From NCBI GenBank assembly GCA_045804965.1, contig JBJMMD010000010.1, positions 46,378 to 110,377 of the forward strand: a DNA stretch of 64,000 nt. The letters are read 5' to 3'. Source of the stretch: Thermomicrobiales bacterium. Lineage in GTDB: Bacteria; Chloroflexota; Chloroflexia; Thermomicrobiales; UBA6265. The notes under the pieces were generated by a model, which saw only the letters and a program-made list of their open reading frames with translations, did no database searches and was not told the origin of the DNA. Made by a program: the position numbers and the translations under genes. This document shows, in pieces, positions 25,893 through 36,312 of this stretch (positions are counted from its first letter, which is position 1; each line of letters starts with the position of its first letter).

Positions 25893-26804
25893 TTAGGCTG
25901 AGATCGAGGATTCGACTCTCGTCAGGAACCGATCGAGGACCTGCAAATAGCGTTCCTGCTCTTCGACGTGCGCCACATGCGCGCTGTTCTCGAAGGTCAC
26001 CCACTCGGCGCGCGGAATGCCCTTGGCCACGATCTCTGCTTGCATCGGAGTCAGCTCGTCATAGCGGCCGGAGGTGAGCAGGGTCGGTAAACGTATCTCG
26101 CCCAAGCGGTGGCGGATATCCCAATCCTTGAGCACGCCAATGACGTGGAACTCGCTTGGCCCATTCATCGTGTTGTACACCTGCGCGCCCATCCGCTCGA
26201 ACGCGCGTTGGACAGCGTCGGGGAACGGTACAACTCGGCAGACATGGCGCTCGTAGAAAACCATCATGGCGTTTTGATAGTCCTGGGATTCGGTCGTCCC
26301 AGCCGCCTCATGCTTCAACAACGTGGCCTGCACTTCAGGCGGCAGTTCTGCGCGAAGGCGGTTGGCTTCTTCGACCCACAATTTCATGCTCGCTGGTGAG
26401 CTGGCAATGGTCAGGCTCACAATCCCTTCCGGTTGCGTCAGCGCGTATTCCATCGCGAGCATCCCGCCCCATGATTGCCCGAGCAGGTGGATTCGATCGA
26501 GCCCGAGCTCCCGCCGCACCGTCGCTAACTCGTCGACGAAGAGCTGCACCGTCCACATGCTGGGGTCGTCTGGGCGGTCGGAATTGCCGCAACCCAATTG
26601 ATCGTAAAAAATGACCGGCCGGCCGGTCGCGGCCAGCATTTCCAGATTTTCCAAGTAGTCGTGGGGGACGCCTGGTCCACCATGCAGCATCAGCACTGGA
26701 AACGAGCCGACGCCTGGATGCGCGAGATTGCCGGTGATCCGATACCAGGTCTTGTATCCGCGAAATGGCACATACCCTTCGGTCACGGCCGGACCATTGG
26801 TCAC
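25893..26804 (-). CDS. proline iminopeptidase-family alpha/beta hydrolase
   Basis: HGGPGVPHDY motif and nucleophile elbow GQSWGG. Confidence 0.85.
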   Translation of the reverse strand: MTNGPAVTEGYVPFRGYKTWYRITGNLAHPGVGSFPVLMLHGGPGVPHDYLENLEMLAATGRPVIFYDQLGCGNSDRPDDPSMWTVQLFVDELATVRRELGLDRIHLLGQSWGGMLAMEYALTQPEGIVSLTIASSPASMKLWVEEANRLRAELPPEVQATLLKHEAAGTTESQDYQNAMMVFYERHVCRVVPFPDAVQRAFERMGAQVYNTMNGPSEFHVIGVLKDWDIRHRLGEIRLPTLLTSGRYDELTPMQAEIVAKGIPRAEWVTFENSAHVAHVEEQERYLQVLDRFLTRVESSISA

Positions 26805-26822
26805 GGGCTCGCCCCCTTCCGC

Positions 26823-27683
26823 TTAACCGCCGGCGCCGATGAGGATGACTCCGGCGGCGACCATCATACAAGCCGCATAGCGGTCCCGGCCGAACGCCTC
26901 GTGCAGCACGAAGGCGCCCATCAGCGCCGCGAAAACGATGCTGATTTCCCGAACCGGGATGACATACGCGACCGGCGCGATCCGCAGCGCGCTGAGCACG
27001 ATTAGGTACGTGCCGAACGACCCGATTCCGGCCAGCACGACTGGCTTCGGATCCTGGAGCGTTGAGCGAATCGCCGGACCTCGAGTGCGAACGATAAACG
27101 GGGCAAGTGCCGCGGCGATTATCGCGAAGAGCAGATACAAGTACACAACTTGGTTGATCCGGCGAACGCCGCCGGCATCGACGAGCGAGTAGCAGGAAAT
27201 CGTGATCCCAGTCAGGAGCGCCGGTCCTGTGACCAACGTCCGCCACCCGCCCGAGCGGGCAGCCTTGGAGATGGCCGGGGCGTGCAGCCAAAGAATGCCG
27301 GCCAGGATCGCCGCGATCCCGATCCAGGCGACGACCGTTGGCCGATCGCCGAAAATCACCGTCGCCAGCAGCGTCGTGAGCAGAACTCCGAATCCACGTG
27401 CAATCGGATAGGACAGCGAGAGATCCGAGCGGTCGTAGGCAAGCGAAAGGAGCGAGTAGTACCCGAGATGCGCAAGGGTGGAACTGAGCACGAAAAGCAA
27501 GCCGGGTCGCACGATCGGATGACGCACGATCTCGACGGCAAACACCGGCAAGAACAGCACGAGCGCGGCAACTGTAAACAGCCACATGAACGTCAGCCGA
27601 TCCGTGCTTCGCTTCGCGAGCAAATTCCAGCCCGCGTGCATCGCCGCGGCGACCACCACGAACCCGAGCGCAAGCGCGCTCAT
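26823..27683 (-). CDS. DMT (EamA-like) family transporter
   Basis: About 10 TM segments in a duplicated EamA-like pattern. Start set to ATG 27683. Confidence 0.75.
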   Translation of the reverse strand: MSALALGFVVVAAAMHAGWNLLAKRSTDRLTFMWLFTVAALVLFLPVFAVEIVRHPIVRPGLLFVLSSTLAHLGYYSLLSLAYDRSDLSLSYPIARGFGVLLTTLLATVIFGDRPTVVAWIGIAAILAGILWLHAPAISKAARSGGWRTLVTGPALLTGITISCYSLVDAGGVRRINQVVYLYLLFAIIAAALAPFIVRTRGPAIRSTLQDPKPVVLAGIGSFGTYLIVLSALRIAPVAYVIPVREISIVFAALMGAFVLHEAFGRDRYAACMMVAAGVILIGAGG

Positions 27684-27807
27684 GCGCACCACCTTCCCCT
27701 CGTCTCCGAGCCCGAATGCGCAGTCTCGCATGAAGGTCGAAGGTCGGAAACTGCGCGTTTATGCCCGGTCTCGGGCTTAGAAGCGTCGCTTACCTTTTCG
27801 CGAGCGA

Positions 27808-28386
27808 GTGGAGCGCGTACCATCTTCCGTGGACCGGCGACATGCCGGTTTCTTTTGGGCGATGGAACTCATCGGAAGCACCGTGCAGCAACGACCACGA
27901 CCACATCGACGCGGTTCCTGGACCTGGATGATCTTTGCCTTTGGCGCCATCGCCGTGCTGGCCTATGGCGTTTACCAGAATCAGCATGAAAAGAATGCGG
28001 AACCGACCATCGCTCCGCCGACAAGCACGAGCGGCAGCAACAATCTCATTAACATCAAACAGGCGCTGGAGCATCAGGGTCTCGACGTCAAGATCGTGCG
28101 TTCGTCGTTCCGCTCGCCGCAGTTGACCGTGCCCGGCCAGGGGCTCGCGGTTGATGGCGCCAAGGTGTACGTCTTCATCTATAACGGGCAACAAGCCGTT
28201 GAGCAGCGCAAATTGGAGTCGAAGGACCTTGACCCGGCGACGTTGACTGTGCTCACTATTTCCGGCACGCCTGTTTCGGGAAGCAATCCGCATGTGGCGG
28301 CGAATAGCAATGTCATCGCGGTGTTGCCTTCGGCCTCACAGGATGTCATCACTACGGTCGACGCGGCGATTCAGGGACTACCATAG
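27808..28386 (+). CDS. hypothetical membrane-anchored protein
   Basis: Single TM segment WTWMIFAFGAIAVLAYGVY followed by a soluble domain. The start is uncertain: GTG 27808 or ATG 27862. Confidence 0.45.
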   Translation: MERVPSSVDRRHAGFFWAMELIGSTVQQRPRPHRRGSWTWMIFAFGAIAVLAYGVYQNQHEKNAEPTIAPPTSTSGSNNLINIKQALEHQGLDVKIVRSSFRSPQLTVPGQGLAVDGAKVYVFIYNGQQAVEQRKLESKDLDPATLTVLTISGTPVSGSNPHVAANSNVIAVLPSASQDVITTVDAAIQGLP

Positions 28387-28394
28387 GCGCGCCT

Positions 28395-29042
28395 GTGCAA
28401 TCGGACGACCACCTCGCTCCTCCATCCTCCGCACCCGCGCTCGACGCGGACGATCGTGAAGATCATGGCCGGATCGGCTATGGCCGGTATAGTCGTTTCA
28501 CCCCGGCCGCGATCGCCGCGGTTATCGTGATTGCCTTGCTTGGGGCTGGGTTTTCCCAGTGGAGACAGTCGTCCGGCGACAGCAAGCCGCCTCGCCTCGC
28601 CAGCAAGCCCGCACCCGATTTCTCGCTCGACCTCTTCAACGGCCAACAACTCACGCTTTCCGAGTATCACGGCTCGATCGTCGTGCTCAATTTCTGGGCG
28701 TCTTGGTGCGGGCCGTGCAAGGAAGAAGCGCCCTTGCTGCAGCACATCGATCCCAACGCGATCCCAGCCGGCGCCCATCTTGCCGTGATCGGCGTCGACC
28801 TCAAGAACGACACGGCGGACGACGCCCGCGCGTTCGTTTCCGCCTACGGGATTACCTATCCGACGGGACAAGACGCGGGGGGGAACATCCGCTACCGCGG
28901 CCCGATCGAGGTCGCCTTCGGCATCGCCGCCAACTATCCAACCACGGTCTTCATCCGCCCCGACGGCGTCATCGATTCGGTCTACATCGGCCAACTCGAC
29001 CAAGAAACGTTGAATCGATCGATTGCCGCGGCTGCGAACTGA
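28395..29042 (+). CDS. TlpA-family thiol:disulfide oxidoreductase (membrane-anchored thioredoxin fold)
   Basis: NFWASWCGPCKEEAP, a WCxxC active site, after an N-terminal TM anchor. Confidence 0.85.
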   Translation: MQSDDHLAPPSSAPALDADDREDHGRIGYGRYSRFTPAAIAAVIVIALLGAGFSQWRQSSGDSKPPRLASKPAPDFSLDLFNGQQLTLSEYHGSIVVLNFWASWCGPCKEEAPLLQHIDPNAIPAGAHLAVIGVDLKNDTADDARAFVSAYGITYPTGQDAGGNIRYRGPIEVAFGIAANYPTTVFIRPDGVIDSVYIGQLDQETLNRSIAAAAN

Positions 29043-29201
29043 TAGGGCTGCGTCCCCTCACCGGCAGGAGTTCCTTCATCCTTCCCTGCGGGCCACCGCA
29101 CCGAGTACCTTCTGGGTGTGGTACCCGCATGCATGAGAGAGGGAACGTTGATAAACCTGATCGGGAGTTTGCTTCGTTTTATATGAACCACTGTGAAGGT
29201 T

Positions 29202-29229
29202 CCCCTTCTCCCGTGCGCGGGAGAAGGGG
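29202..29229. terminator. GC-rich hairpin between convergent genes (12-bp stem CCCCTTCTCCCG / CGGGAGAAGGGG, loop TGCG)
   Basis: I verified the perfect inverted repeat base by base. It lies between the TlpA stop (29042) and the stop of the minus-strand gene at 29250. Confidence 0.5.
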
Positions 29230-29249
29230 GCAGGGCTTGAGGGAACTTC

Positions 29250-30419
29250 TTACACGCCCGATGCGTCCAACAAGGCCGCGATCAGCGGGCGAAGCGTCGC
29301 TGCTTGTGAGTATTTCGCGGACGCGGAATCGAGCGAGGCATCGGTGCCGTTGATGATGTAATCGGAGAAGTCCTCCGCCGCGCCGGCGAGAAAACCCGTG
29401 AGCTCGGTGTAGAGCTCTTGCGTGCTGGCCTGACTGGCTGGTGCGTCCAGCGCCTTCGCCGCGGCGTCCGTCTGCTCCCAAAGGGTGAAGATCGTAGCCA
29501 GTTGATTCCCCCCGGTCGTTGAGTCGACGGTTCCGGCGCTCAAGTCGTCGAGCAGTTTTTGAAAGTCGTCCATTGATTGGACCAGCGGGTCGAATTGCTG
29601 GCGGACTTGCGTGAGGTAGTTCTTTTCCTCTTGTGTCAGCGCACCGCCGTTGTTGTCGCTGGATTGTTTGCCTGTCTGCAAGGTGCTGCCGAGCGCGATC
29701 TCGACCGAGTCGACCTTGCTGTCATCGTTCAGCCGGAGCACATAGAACAGATCACCGACATCACCGTCGGCGCCATATTTTTCATACGTCGACTTACCGA
29801 ATCGCTTTTCAAGCGCTTTGCTGTGACCGGTCGTTATCGCATTGCCGTCGCCGGTGTTTTTGGCCTTGTCGAGCTTGACATCGGACGGCAAGAATGCCTT
29901 GACGAGCAGGTTCGCTTTGATCTTGGTCCAAGGCGACTGCGGATCGGCGGTGAGAGTGAGATAGGCAACGTAGTTCTTGTGATAGAAGGCGTTGACCGTC
30001 TCAAAGTCTTTCGCCTCGTATTCGAAACCCAGCGGATAGCCCGCGTCCTTGTCGCTGGTTGGATCACCGTACTTCGTTTCAAACGAGTCGCGCGTGCCGC
30101 CAAACCGCGCGGTCAACGGCCCAGACTTGCTGTCATTCGAGCTTGTGGAAGTCTCTTCGTCGGCGGCGACAGTTGGTTTGGGCGTCGGTTGATTTCCCTG
30201 CGAGGACGGCAAGTCTTCACATGCCTGGCCATCGCCATCCGGATCGAGCGCGCGCTCGGTCGCCGCCCCTGGGCCGGAATCCAGGATTGCCTGCGCTGCT
30301 TCCTGGGTATTGAAATCGGCGCAGGCGAAGCTCGCGCCCTGCGCTGATCCAAGCGCTGGAGCGGCGAGACCGCCCACAAACAAGAGGACCCATAACGCAA
30401 TCAACGACCTCACGAGCAC
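29250..30419 (-). CDS. secreted protein with Excalibur calcium-binding domain
   Basis: Signal peptide, then CADFNTQEAAQAILD...LDPDGDGQACEDL (Excalibur DxDxDGxxCE). Start set to GTG 30419 behind GGAAGGGA. Confidence 0.65.
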   Translation of the reverse strand: MLVRSLIALWVLLFVGGLAAPALGSAQGASFACADFNTQEAAQAILDSGPGAATERALDPDGDGQACEDLPSSQGNQPTPKPTVAADEETSTSSNDSKSGPLTARFGGTRDSFETKYGDPTSDKDAGYPLGFEYEAKDFETVNAFYHKNYVAYLTLTADPQSPWTKIKANLLVKAFLPSDVKLDKAKNTGDGNAITTGHSKALEKRFGKSTYEKYGADGDVGDLFYVLRLNDDSKVDSVEIALGSTLQTGKQSSDNNGGALTQEEKNYLTQVRQQFDPLVQSMDDFQKLLDDLSAGTVDSTTGGNQLATIFTLWEQTDAAAKALDAPASQASTQELYTELTGFLAGAAEDFSDYIINGTDASLDSASAKYSQAATLRPLIAALLDASGV

Positions 30420-30553
30420 AGTCTTGTCCCTTCCGCTGCTAACACACCCCAACTCTGTCGTTCACCCGGTCGGGGCTCCCCTCCTCCGACTGAGCAGCAA
30501 CGCAACACTGAACATCCTACCCGCTGCGAGGCCGCGGGCGGAGTTTGGTTTTC

Positions 30554-31504
30554 CTATGAAGCGGTCGCCGCCGCGACCCGGGGGCGAACCGGCGTAATGA
30601 AATCGCTGTATTTGCTTGAGCGGCCGCGCACGATGTCGAAAAAGATGTCGCGCAAGCGTGAGGTAATGGGTCCAGGATCGCCGTTGCTAATCGGCCGGCC
30701 GTCGATCGACGCGATTGGCGCGATCTGAACGCCGGTGCCGCAGAAGAACGCCTCGTCGGCGATGTACAGCTCGGAGCGGTCGATTTCGCGCGTCTCGATC
30801 GGAATACCCTCGTCCTGCGCGAACTGGATGAAGCTCCGACGGGTAATCCCTTCCAAGATATCGCTCGTGATCGGCGCAGTGATCAACGCTCCATTGCGGA
30901 CGATGAAGAGGTTGCAGCCGCTTCCTTCCGCCACTTTGCCCGAGGTGTTGAGCAAGATCGCCTCGTCGGCGCCTTTTTCCTCTGCCTCGTCCTTGGCGAA
31001 CGCGGAATTGATATAGGCGCCGGACACCTTGCCACGGCGAGGAATGGCATTGTCCGGAATTTGGACCCATGAGGAGATAATCGCCCTCTGCCCGCGAGTC
31101 GTGTCAAGGTAGTCGCCGAGCGAAAGCATGTAGATCGTAAGCTCGTCGCCGATACCGCGCAGTCGCGGGGTCAATTGCGCCGCTGATTTGTAGATAAAGG
31201 GGCGAATGTAGACGTCGCCGCTCGGCGCGTTCTTTTCGACGAGCGAAATAATGGTTGCGGCAAGCGAGTCGCGGTCGTACGGCAACTCAGCCCGGAGCAA
31301 CTTCGCGGAATTGAGCAACCGCGCGGTGTGGTCCTTCAGGCGGAAGACGTTGATCGTTTCGCCATCGGCGTCCAGGTATCCTCGGATACCGGCGAACGCT
31401 CCCGTTCCGTACTGGAGGGCGTGCGTGCCGACGCTTACCTTTGCTTCAGAGAACGGGACGATCTGTCCTTCGAAAAACGCATACTCCAGCATCGGCGACT
31501 TCAT
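30554..31504 (-). CDS. ilvE: branched-chain amino acid aminotransferase
   Basis: Class IV aminotransferase pattern (THALQYGTGAFAGIRGY, EGSGCNLF, GITR). AAGGAG RBS. Confidence 0.9.
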   Translation of the reverse strand: MKSPMLEYAFFEGQIVPFSEAKVSVGTHALQYGTGAFAGIRGYLDADGETINVFRLKDHTARLLNSAKLLRAELPYDRDSLAATIISLVEKNAPSGDVYIRPFIYKSAAQLTPRLRGIGDELTIYMLSLGDYLDTTRGQRAIISSWVQIPDNAIPRRGKVSGAYINSAFAKDEAEEKGADEAILLNTSGKVAEGSGCNLFIVRNGALITAPITSDILEGITRRSFIQFAQDEGIPIETREIDRSELYIADEAFFCGTGVQIAPIASIDGRPISNGDPGPITSRLRDIFFDIVRGRSSKYSDFITPVRPRVAAATAS

Positions 31505-31655
31505 GACGACACTCCTTGACTGTACCGTTACCTTCGACGGACGAAAGTAACGACCGGCCGAAGCGATGTTCTCCGCTCACGTTTAGCCTTGGATTATCGC
31601 ACACCTAGTCGCTGGCTCAGTCTGAGCGGCAGGTCTTTTTCGCCCGAGCCGGCAA

Positions 31656-32402
31656 CTAATCCAACTTGAAATAGCGGTACCCCTCAGCGTACTTGCCGCC
31701 GGGGTTCAGATTCGCCGCCGCTTCCGTCGCCCACTCCCGAACCCACTCGCCAACTTCTTCGACATTGATTTGGCTCGTGTGCGCTTTCAGCGCTTCCAGC
31801 TTAAGGTCGAAGTAGTCGGTGATATCCACCCAGAAGTCGGCCTGGTCCAAGCCGGTAAGGTAGACCTCGGAGACCTTGTGCGGCTCCAGGCCCTCTTCCG
31901 TGATCAGTTCGTGAAATGTCAAGCGGTCACGCGCGGCCGGGTAAATCGCGTCGAGCGTCACGTCGCCGGTGACGCGATGATCGGGATGATTGATGTATTG
32001 GCCGCCGACGTATCTGACGGTCGGATCAAACGTAATCACCGCATCGGGCTTGATCGTCCGAATCACGCGCACGAGCTCTTTGCGCAGCTCAAGCGTGTTT
32101 TGCAACATCGCGTCAGGGTGACGCAGGAAGATCACGTCTTGGACGCCGAGCACTTTGCACGCGGCACGTTGTTCACCTTCTCGCATCGTGACCAACTGCT
32201 CCGACGTCATAGAGGGATCGTCGCTTCCCTTGTCGCCGCTCGTCATCAGGACATAGGTGACGTGCTGACCTTCGGCCGCCCATTTCGCGACCGTGCCCGC
32301 GCAGATAAATTCGGCGTCATCTGGGTGGGCAAAGATTGCGGCGACGCGTCGAGGGACGTTGGGCTGATCGGTTCCATTCGCGGTCTCTTCGGGTATTGGC
32401 AT
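31656..32402 (-). CDS. PIG-L/LmbE family deacetylase
   Basis: AHPDDAEF motif (VAAIFAHPDDAEFICAG) and HPDH. Start set to ATG 32402. Confidence 0.85.
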   Translation of the reverse strand: MPIPEETANGTDQPNVPRRVAAIFAHPDDAEFICAGTVAKWAAEGQHVTYVLMTSGDKGSDDPSMTSEQLVTMREGEQRAACKVLGVQDVIFLRHPDAMLQNTLELRKELVRVIRTIKPDAVITFDPTVRYVGGQYINHPDHRVTGDVTLDAIYPAARDRLTFHELITEEGLEPHKVSEVYLTGLDQADFWVDITDYFDLKLEALKAHTSQINVEEVGEWVREWATEAAANLNPGGKYAEGYRYFKLD

Positions 32403-32559
32403 GCTGTTCTGTCTCCGAGTCGAGTTCGACTTGGTCGAGCAAACCGTCGACCACGTCGCGATGAGCACGTGCTGCGGTGATTCTCAATGATCGCGCCGAG
32501 ACCTCGCAACCGCACTGCCTTGACAATGGGCGCAGCCGACCGCCACGATTGAGGAGCCA

Positions 32560-33303
32560 TTGCCGTGCTCAGAGGCAGGACCGTACGTGACATCGACCGA
32601 CGATCTCGAGCAACCTTCGACAACCGACCGACCACAGGTCACCCACGCCATGGAAGACTACCTGAAGGCAGTCTACCGGTTGCGGGAGGTGGACAAGCAA
32701 GTGACGACGCAACGTCTCGCCGACGAGCTGGGCGTGACTGGGCCGTCTGTGACGAACATGGTGAAGCGCCTCGCCGAGCTGCGTCTGCTCAGCCATACCC
32801 GTTACCACGGAGTCGATTTCACGCCGGCGGGCGAAAAAATCGCGCTCGAAGTCGTTCGCCACCACCGGTTACTCGAGCTCTATCTCGCGGAAACACTCGG
32901 CTACGCGTGGGATGAAGTGCACGCGGAAGCTGAACGCCTCGAGCACCACGTTTCCGACGAGCTGGAAGCGCGCATGGATTCCGCGCTCGGATTTCCAACC
33001 ACCGATCCGCACGGCGATCCGATTCCCAGCGTCGAAGGCGTGATCTCAGAGACAGCCCACACGGGCCTCCTTGAAGCCGTGCAAGGGCAAGAAGCCACGG
33101 TGGTGCGGGTCTCAGATCGCGACCCGGAACAGCTCCGGTACCTCGGCGGACTCGGGCTCTACCCTGGCGCGCGTGTCACCGTCATCGAGGTGCTCCCCTT
33201 CGACGGCCCCATCCGCTTGCTCGTCAACGGCATCGAACACATTATCGGCCGCCCCCTCGCCGCCACCGTCTACGTGCGCGAACCAAACCGGGTTGGCGAA
33301 TAG
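32560..33303 (+). CDS. metal-dependent transcriptional regulator (DtxR/IdeR/MntR family with C-terminal FeoA/SH3-like domain)
   Basis: MEDYLKAVYRLREVDKQVTTQRLADELGVTGPSVTNMVKRL and HHRLLELYL. The start is uncertain: TTG 32560 or GTG 32587. Confidence 0.85.
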   Translation: MPCSEAGPYVTSTDDLEQPSTTDRPQVTHAMEDYLKAVYRLREVDKQVTTQRLADELGVTGPSVTNMVKRLAELRLLSHTRYHGVDFTPAGEKIALEVVRHHRLLELYLAETLGYAWDEVHAEAERLEHHVSDELEARMDSALGFPTTDPHGDPIPSVEGVISETAHTGLLEAVQGQEATVVRVSDRDPEQLRYLGGLGLYPGARVTVIEVLPFDGPIRLLVNGIEHIIGRPLAATVYVREPNRVGE

Positions 33304-33312
33304 GGAGTTTTC

Positions 33313-34353
33313 TCAGCTCAACAGCAGCGTCGCGTAAGCCGCCAGCCAGTGTTCGACCATGTACGTGCTGCCCGAAACGTAGGGGAGGGATGCCTCGGCG
33401 TGCCGTTCCGCGGCCGCCAAGAGCGGCGCTGTCCGAGCATCGTCAGGAGGAAGGCGGGCGGCGATGGTCGTGAACGCCCAGGCACGGCTAAGGTTGAGAC
33501 CGTGCAAATGGGCGATTTGCCCATCGGTCGGATCCGAGACTTCGGCGGGCTCGAAAAGCGTGGCTGGATCGCCGGCGGACAACCCGGGGAGGAACTGGCT
33601 TAGCCAATCGCCAAACATCGTGGACTCGACTAAACGCGATATCAGCTCAGCCTCGGTCAACGCCGGTGAGAGGAAGTCCGCGCCGTCCGGCTCGTAGCGC
33701 GCCGGATAGTCCACGTCATCCCAGAACCACCTCGCCATCGCGTCCTGAATGGCGGATTGGAGACGGCTGTCGCCTTCCGCGGTGCGCAGCCGGGCAAGGT
33801 CAATGCAGCGGGAAAGCGAAAACGCGGTGTTGGGATGGAACCCGGAGCGTTGCGGATAGGTGAGCACCGGCAGCCAAGCGACAAGATTGGTCGTTAAGAG
33901 ATCGGCGAGGGGTCGCACCGCGGCTGTCCAGCGCTGCCCGTCTGGGTTCTCCCACGTTTCCAGTTCATGCGCCAACGTCAGCAGCCATCCCCAGCCGTAG
34001 GGGCGATTGAGCGTACGGTGATTAGGATCGTGATAGAACGCGATTTCGGTGCCAATATTCTCCGGCGTTAAGTGTGCATCGAGCGTCGCGCGGGCTTGCT
34101 CCGCCGCAACATCGTTGGGAAAGCGGCGAAGCAAGCGAACGATGACCCAATGCATCTCGACGCACGAATGCCAATCAAAACAGCCGTAAAACGCGGGGTG
34201 AAGTTCCCGATGCGTCGGGTAGGGCCCAGGCCCCGTGGCGATGAAAAACGGCATCACCGGGAATTCGCGCGTAATGCCTTCGAGCGCAACTTGAACATAA
34301 GTCGCCGCTCGCTCGCGCAGGATTGCGGTCCGCTGGGCTTCATCAAATGGCAT
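33313..34353 (-). CDS. DUF2891 domain protein
   Basis: The FYGCFDWHSCVEMHW motif and overall size match my recollection of DUF2891. Confidence 0.6.
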   Translation of the reverse strand: MPFDEAQRTAILRERAATYVQVALEGITREFPVMPFFIATGPGPYPTHRELHPAFYGCFDWHSCVEMHWVIVRLLRRFPNDVAAEQARATLDAHLTPENIGTEIAFYHDPNHRTLNRPYGWGWLLTLAHELETWENPDGQRWTAAVRPLADLLTTNLVAWLPVLTYPQRSGFHPNTAFSLSRCIDLARLRTAEGDSRLQSAIQDAMARWFWDDVDYPARYEPDGADFLSPALTEAELISRLVESTMFGDWLSQFLPGLSAGDPATLFEPAEVSDPTDGQIAHLHGLNLSRAWAFTTIAARLPPDDARTAPLLAAAERHAEASLPYVSGSTYMVEHWLAAYATLLLS

Positions 34354-34419
34354 GAACGTCCTCCCGGCGAACGCAACTCACGCGGCCCGGGAGGGTACCA
34401 CATCGACGGTTCTCAGAGA

Positions 34420-36312
34420 CTAGGAATTCTCCTGTGAATTGGTGTCATCTTGGTTGCTGGCGGTTGGGGAGTTGGCGCCCGCGGCTAACGCCGCTGTCGT
34501 CGGGGGTGCGATCTTGTCCGGCTCGCCGATGCGGTGGCGCATCGTCCGGAGATCGCTCCGGACAGCGGAGAGGTCCATATCCATCCGGGTAAGCTTCTCT
34601 TGCTCCGTCCGCACGAAGCGGGTATACGGTGCGATCGCTTCTCGAATTCGATGCACGGAGCGGGCCAATTCGTGCTCGAACTGCTCGCTCATGACTCCGA
34701 CCAACCGCTGCTCGAGTTCTTCCGAGCGTCTGCGGAACTCGTTGCGCGATTGTTTTCGCTTACGTGGCAGAATGAAGAGACCGAGTCCCGCGACCAGGCT
34801 GGCGGCGAGAATCCCGGTCACGTCGACCGCGACCGTGCTCGCCGCGGCCACGATGATCGCGCCGAGACCAACCGCCCCTGCTTCCGCGACCGCGACTTGC
34901 GCCACCGCCGACCGAACCGAGAGCGACAGATCGTGCGCCGACTGTTCGGGATCGTAGCGATCGACTTCCTCTTGGGCGCGCTTGGAAACCGATTCGAGCA
35001 GCGCCCGGCGATCGTAGCGGAAGGTTCCGCCAACCTCACCGATCATTTCATCTTCGTATTTGCTGAGCCGCCGGCGGTCGATGTACTCGTTGACCGCCTG
35101 CCATGTGCGCAGGTCTTGCTCCACCATCCAATCGATCAACTCGTTGATGGTGCTGTCGATCCGGTCCTCGGTGTCGCTGACCACGGTGCGCTCGAATTGC
35201 CCGCGGATCTTGTCGCTATTGAGGAGATCGAAGATGCGGCCCAGGCGAATCGTTTCTTCGAAGAATTCGTCGCCGCGGGCCGTCATCTTGGCGATAATGT
35301 TCTCGATTCGAGTCAGGTGATAGGCAAATTGGCGACGCATATCCTCTTGATAGAGCGCCAGCTGTCGTTCGATGTTCTCGATTGTCGCCAAATCATCCCG
35401 GAGCACGGTCAGCCGATCGCTCGTCGCCTTGAGATAGCGGTCGGTGAGGTGCTCAGCAATGCCCAGCGGGCTCAGGAGCTTGAGCCGGATCCGGCCCTCC
35501 TCATCGAGTGTTTCGAACACGTACCGCTCGAGCGCGTCGAACCGACTCTTCTTCCACAGCCGGTCTCGCTCGCTCGGATTGCGCTCGCCCAGCGTCTTCG
35601 CCTGCTGCGCGAAGAGCGACGACACCGGGAAGACTTCCGGCACGAAATCGAGCAGCCGGGCGATGTTCTCCTGGACGAACGTGACGACTTGGGCGACATC
35701 CGCGTCCTGGCGCAAAAGATCTATCTTGTTAATGATGATGACGATTTTCTTGCCCCATTCGCGAATCGCGGCCATGAACTCGCGTTCGCTCTCGGTAAAG
35801 GGGCGATCGGCAGAGGTGACGAAGAGGACGAGATCGGACCGGGGCACGAATCGCTCTGTCAGCTCCTCGTGCTCGCGGATGATCGCGTTCGTGCCCGGGG
35901 TATCGACGACGGTAATGTCCTCCAGAAAGTCGGCGGGATACGTGCGTTCGATGATGCCTTCCGGCAGCATTCCTTCGCCCTGTGTCTCGCCATACCGAAG
36001 CAGATTGATTACCGAGGTTGTCGGCGTCACCCCTTCCGGCATCACCTGCCCGCCGATCAGCGCATTGACGAAGGCCGATTTCCCCGAGTTGAACTCGCCA
36101 ACGATTACCAGAAGGAACAGCGAGGTCAGATGTTCGGCCGCATCGGCGATCGAGTTCTTGTCTTCCTCGGTGGCCGGATAGTCGTCGAGGATCTCCGCGA
36201 GCCGCTCCAGCAACGCAAGCTCTTCCGCCTGCAGATCATGCTGCTGGTCGGTCAGGATCGCGCCGCCATCACCGCGACCACGGCGCCGGAGCCGGAAAAC
36301 CTCGCGGACCAT
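34420..36312 (-). CDS. bacterial dynamin-like GTPase
   Basis: G1 GEFNSGKSAFVNALIG, G3 DTPGTNA, G4 NKIDLL. C-terminal hydrophobic paddle AGAVGLGAIIVAAASTVAVDVTGILAASLVAGLGLFILP. Confidence 0.85.
   Translation of the reverse strand: MVREVFRLRRRGRGDGGAILTDQQHDLQAEELALLERLAEILDDYPATEEDKNSIADAAEHLTSLFLLVIVGEFNSGKSAFVNALIGGQVMPEGVTPTTSVINLLRYGETQGEGMLPEGIIERTYPADFLEDITVVDTPGTNAIIREHEELTERFVPRSDLVLFVTSADRPFTESEREFMAAIREWGKKIVIIINKIDLLRQDADVAQVVTFVQENIARLLDFVPEVFPVSSLFAQQAKTLGERNPSERDRLWKKSRFDALERYVFETLDEEGRIRLKLLSPLGIAEHLTDRYLKATSDRLTVLRDDLATIENIERQLALYQEDMRRQFAYHLTRIENIIAKMTARGDEFFEETIRLGRIFDLLNSDKIRGQFERTVVSDTEDRIDSTINELIDWMVEQDLRTWQAVNEYIDRRRLSKYEDEMIGEVGGTFRYDRRALLESVSKRAQEEVDRYDPEQSAHDLSLSVRSAVAQVAVAEAGAVGLGAIIVAAASTVAVDVTGILAASLVAGLGLFILPRKRKQSRNEFRRRSEELEQRLVGVMSEQFEHELARSVHRIREAIAPYTRFVRTEQEKLTRMDMDLSAVRSDLRTMRHRIGEPDKIAPPTTAALAAGANSPTASNQDDTNSQENS

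Noticed and set aside
26335-27585. 416-aa minus-strand ORF spanning the iminopeptidase/EamA junction in another frame
   Set aside because: Extremely Arg-rich with no motifs. The alternative frames give a GxSxG hydrolase and a multi-TM transporter separated by a proper intergenic gap.
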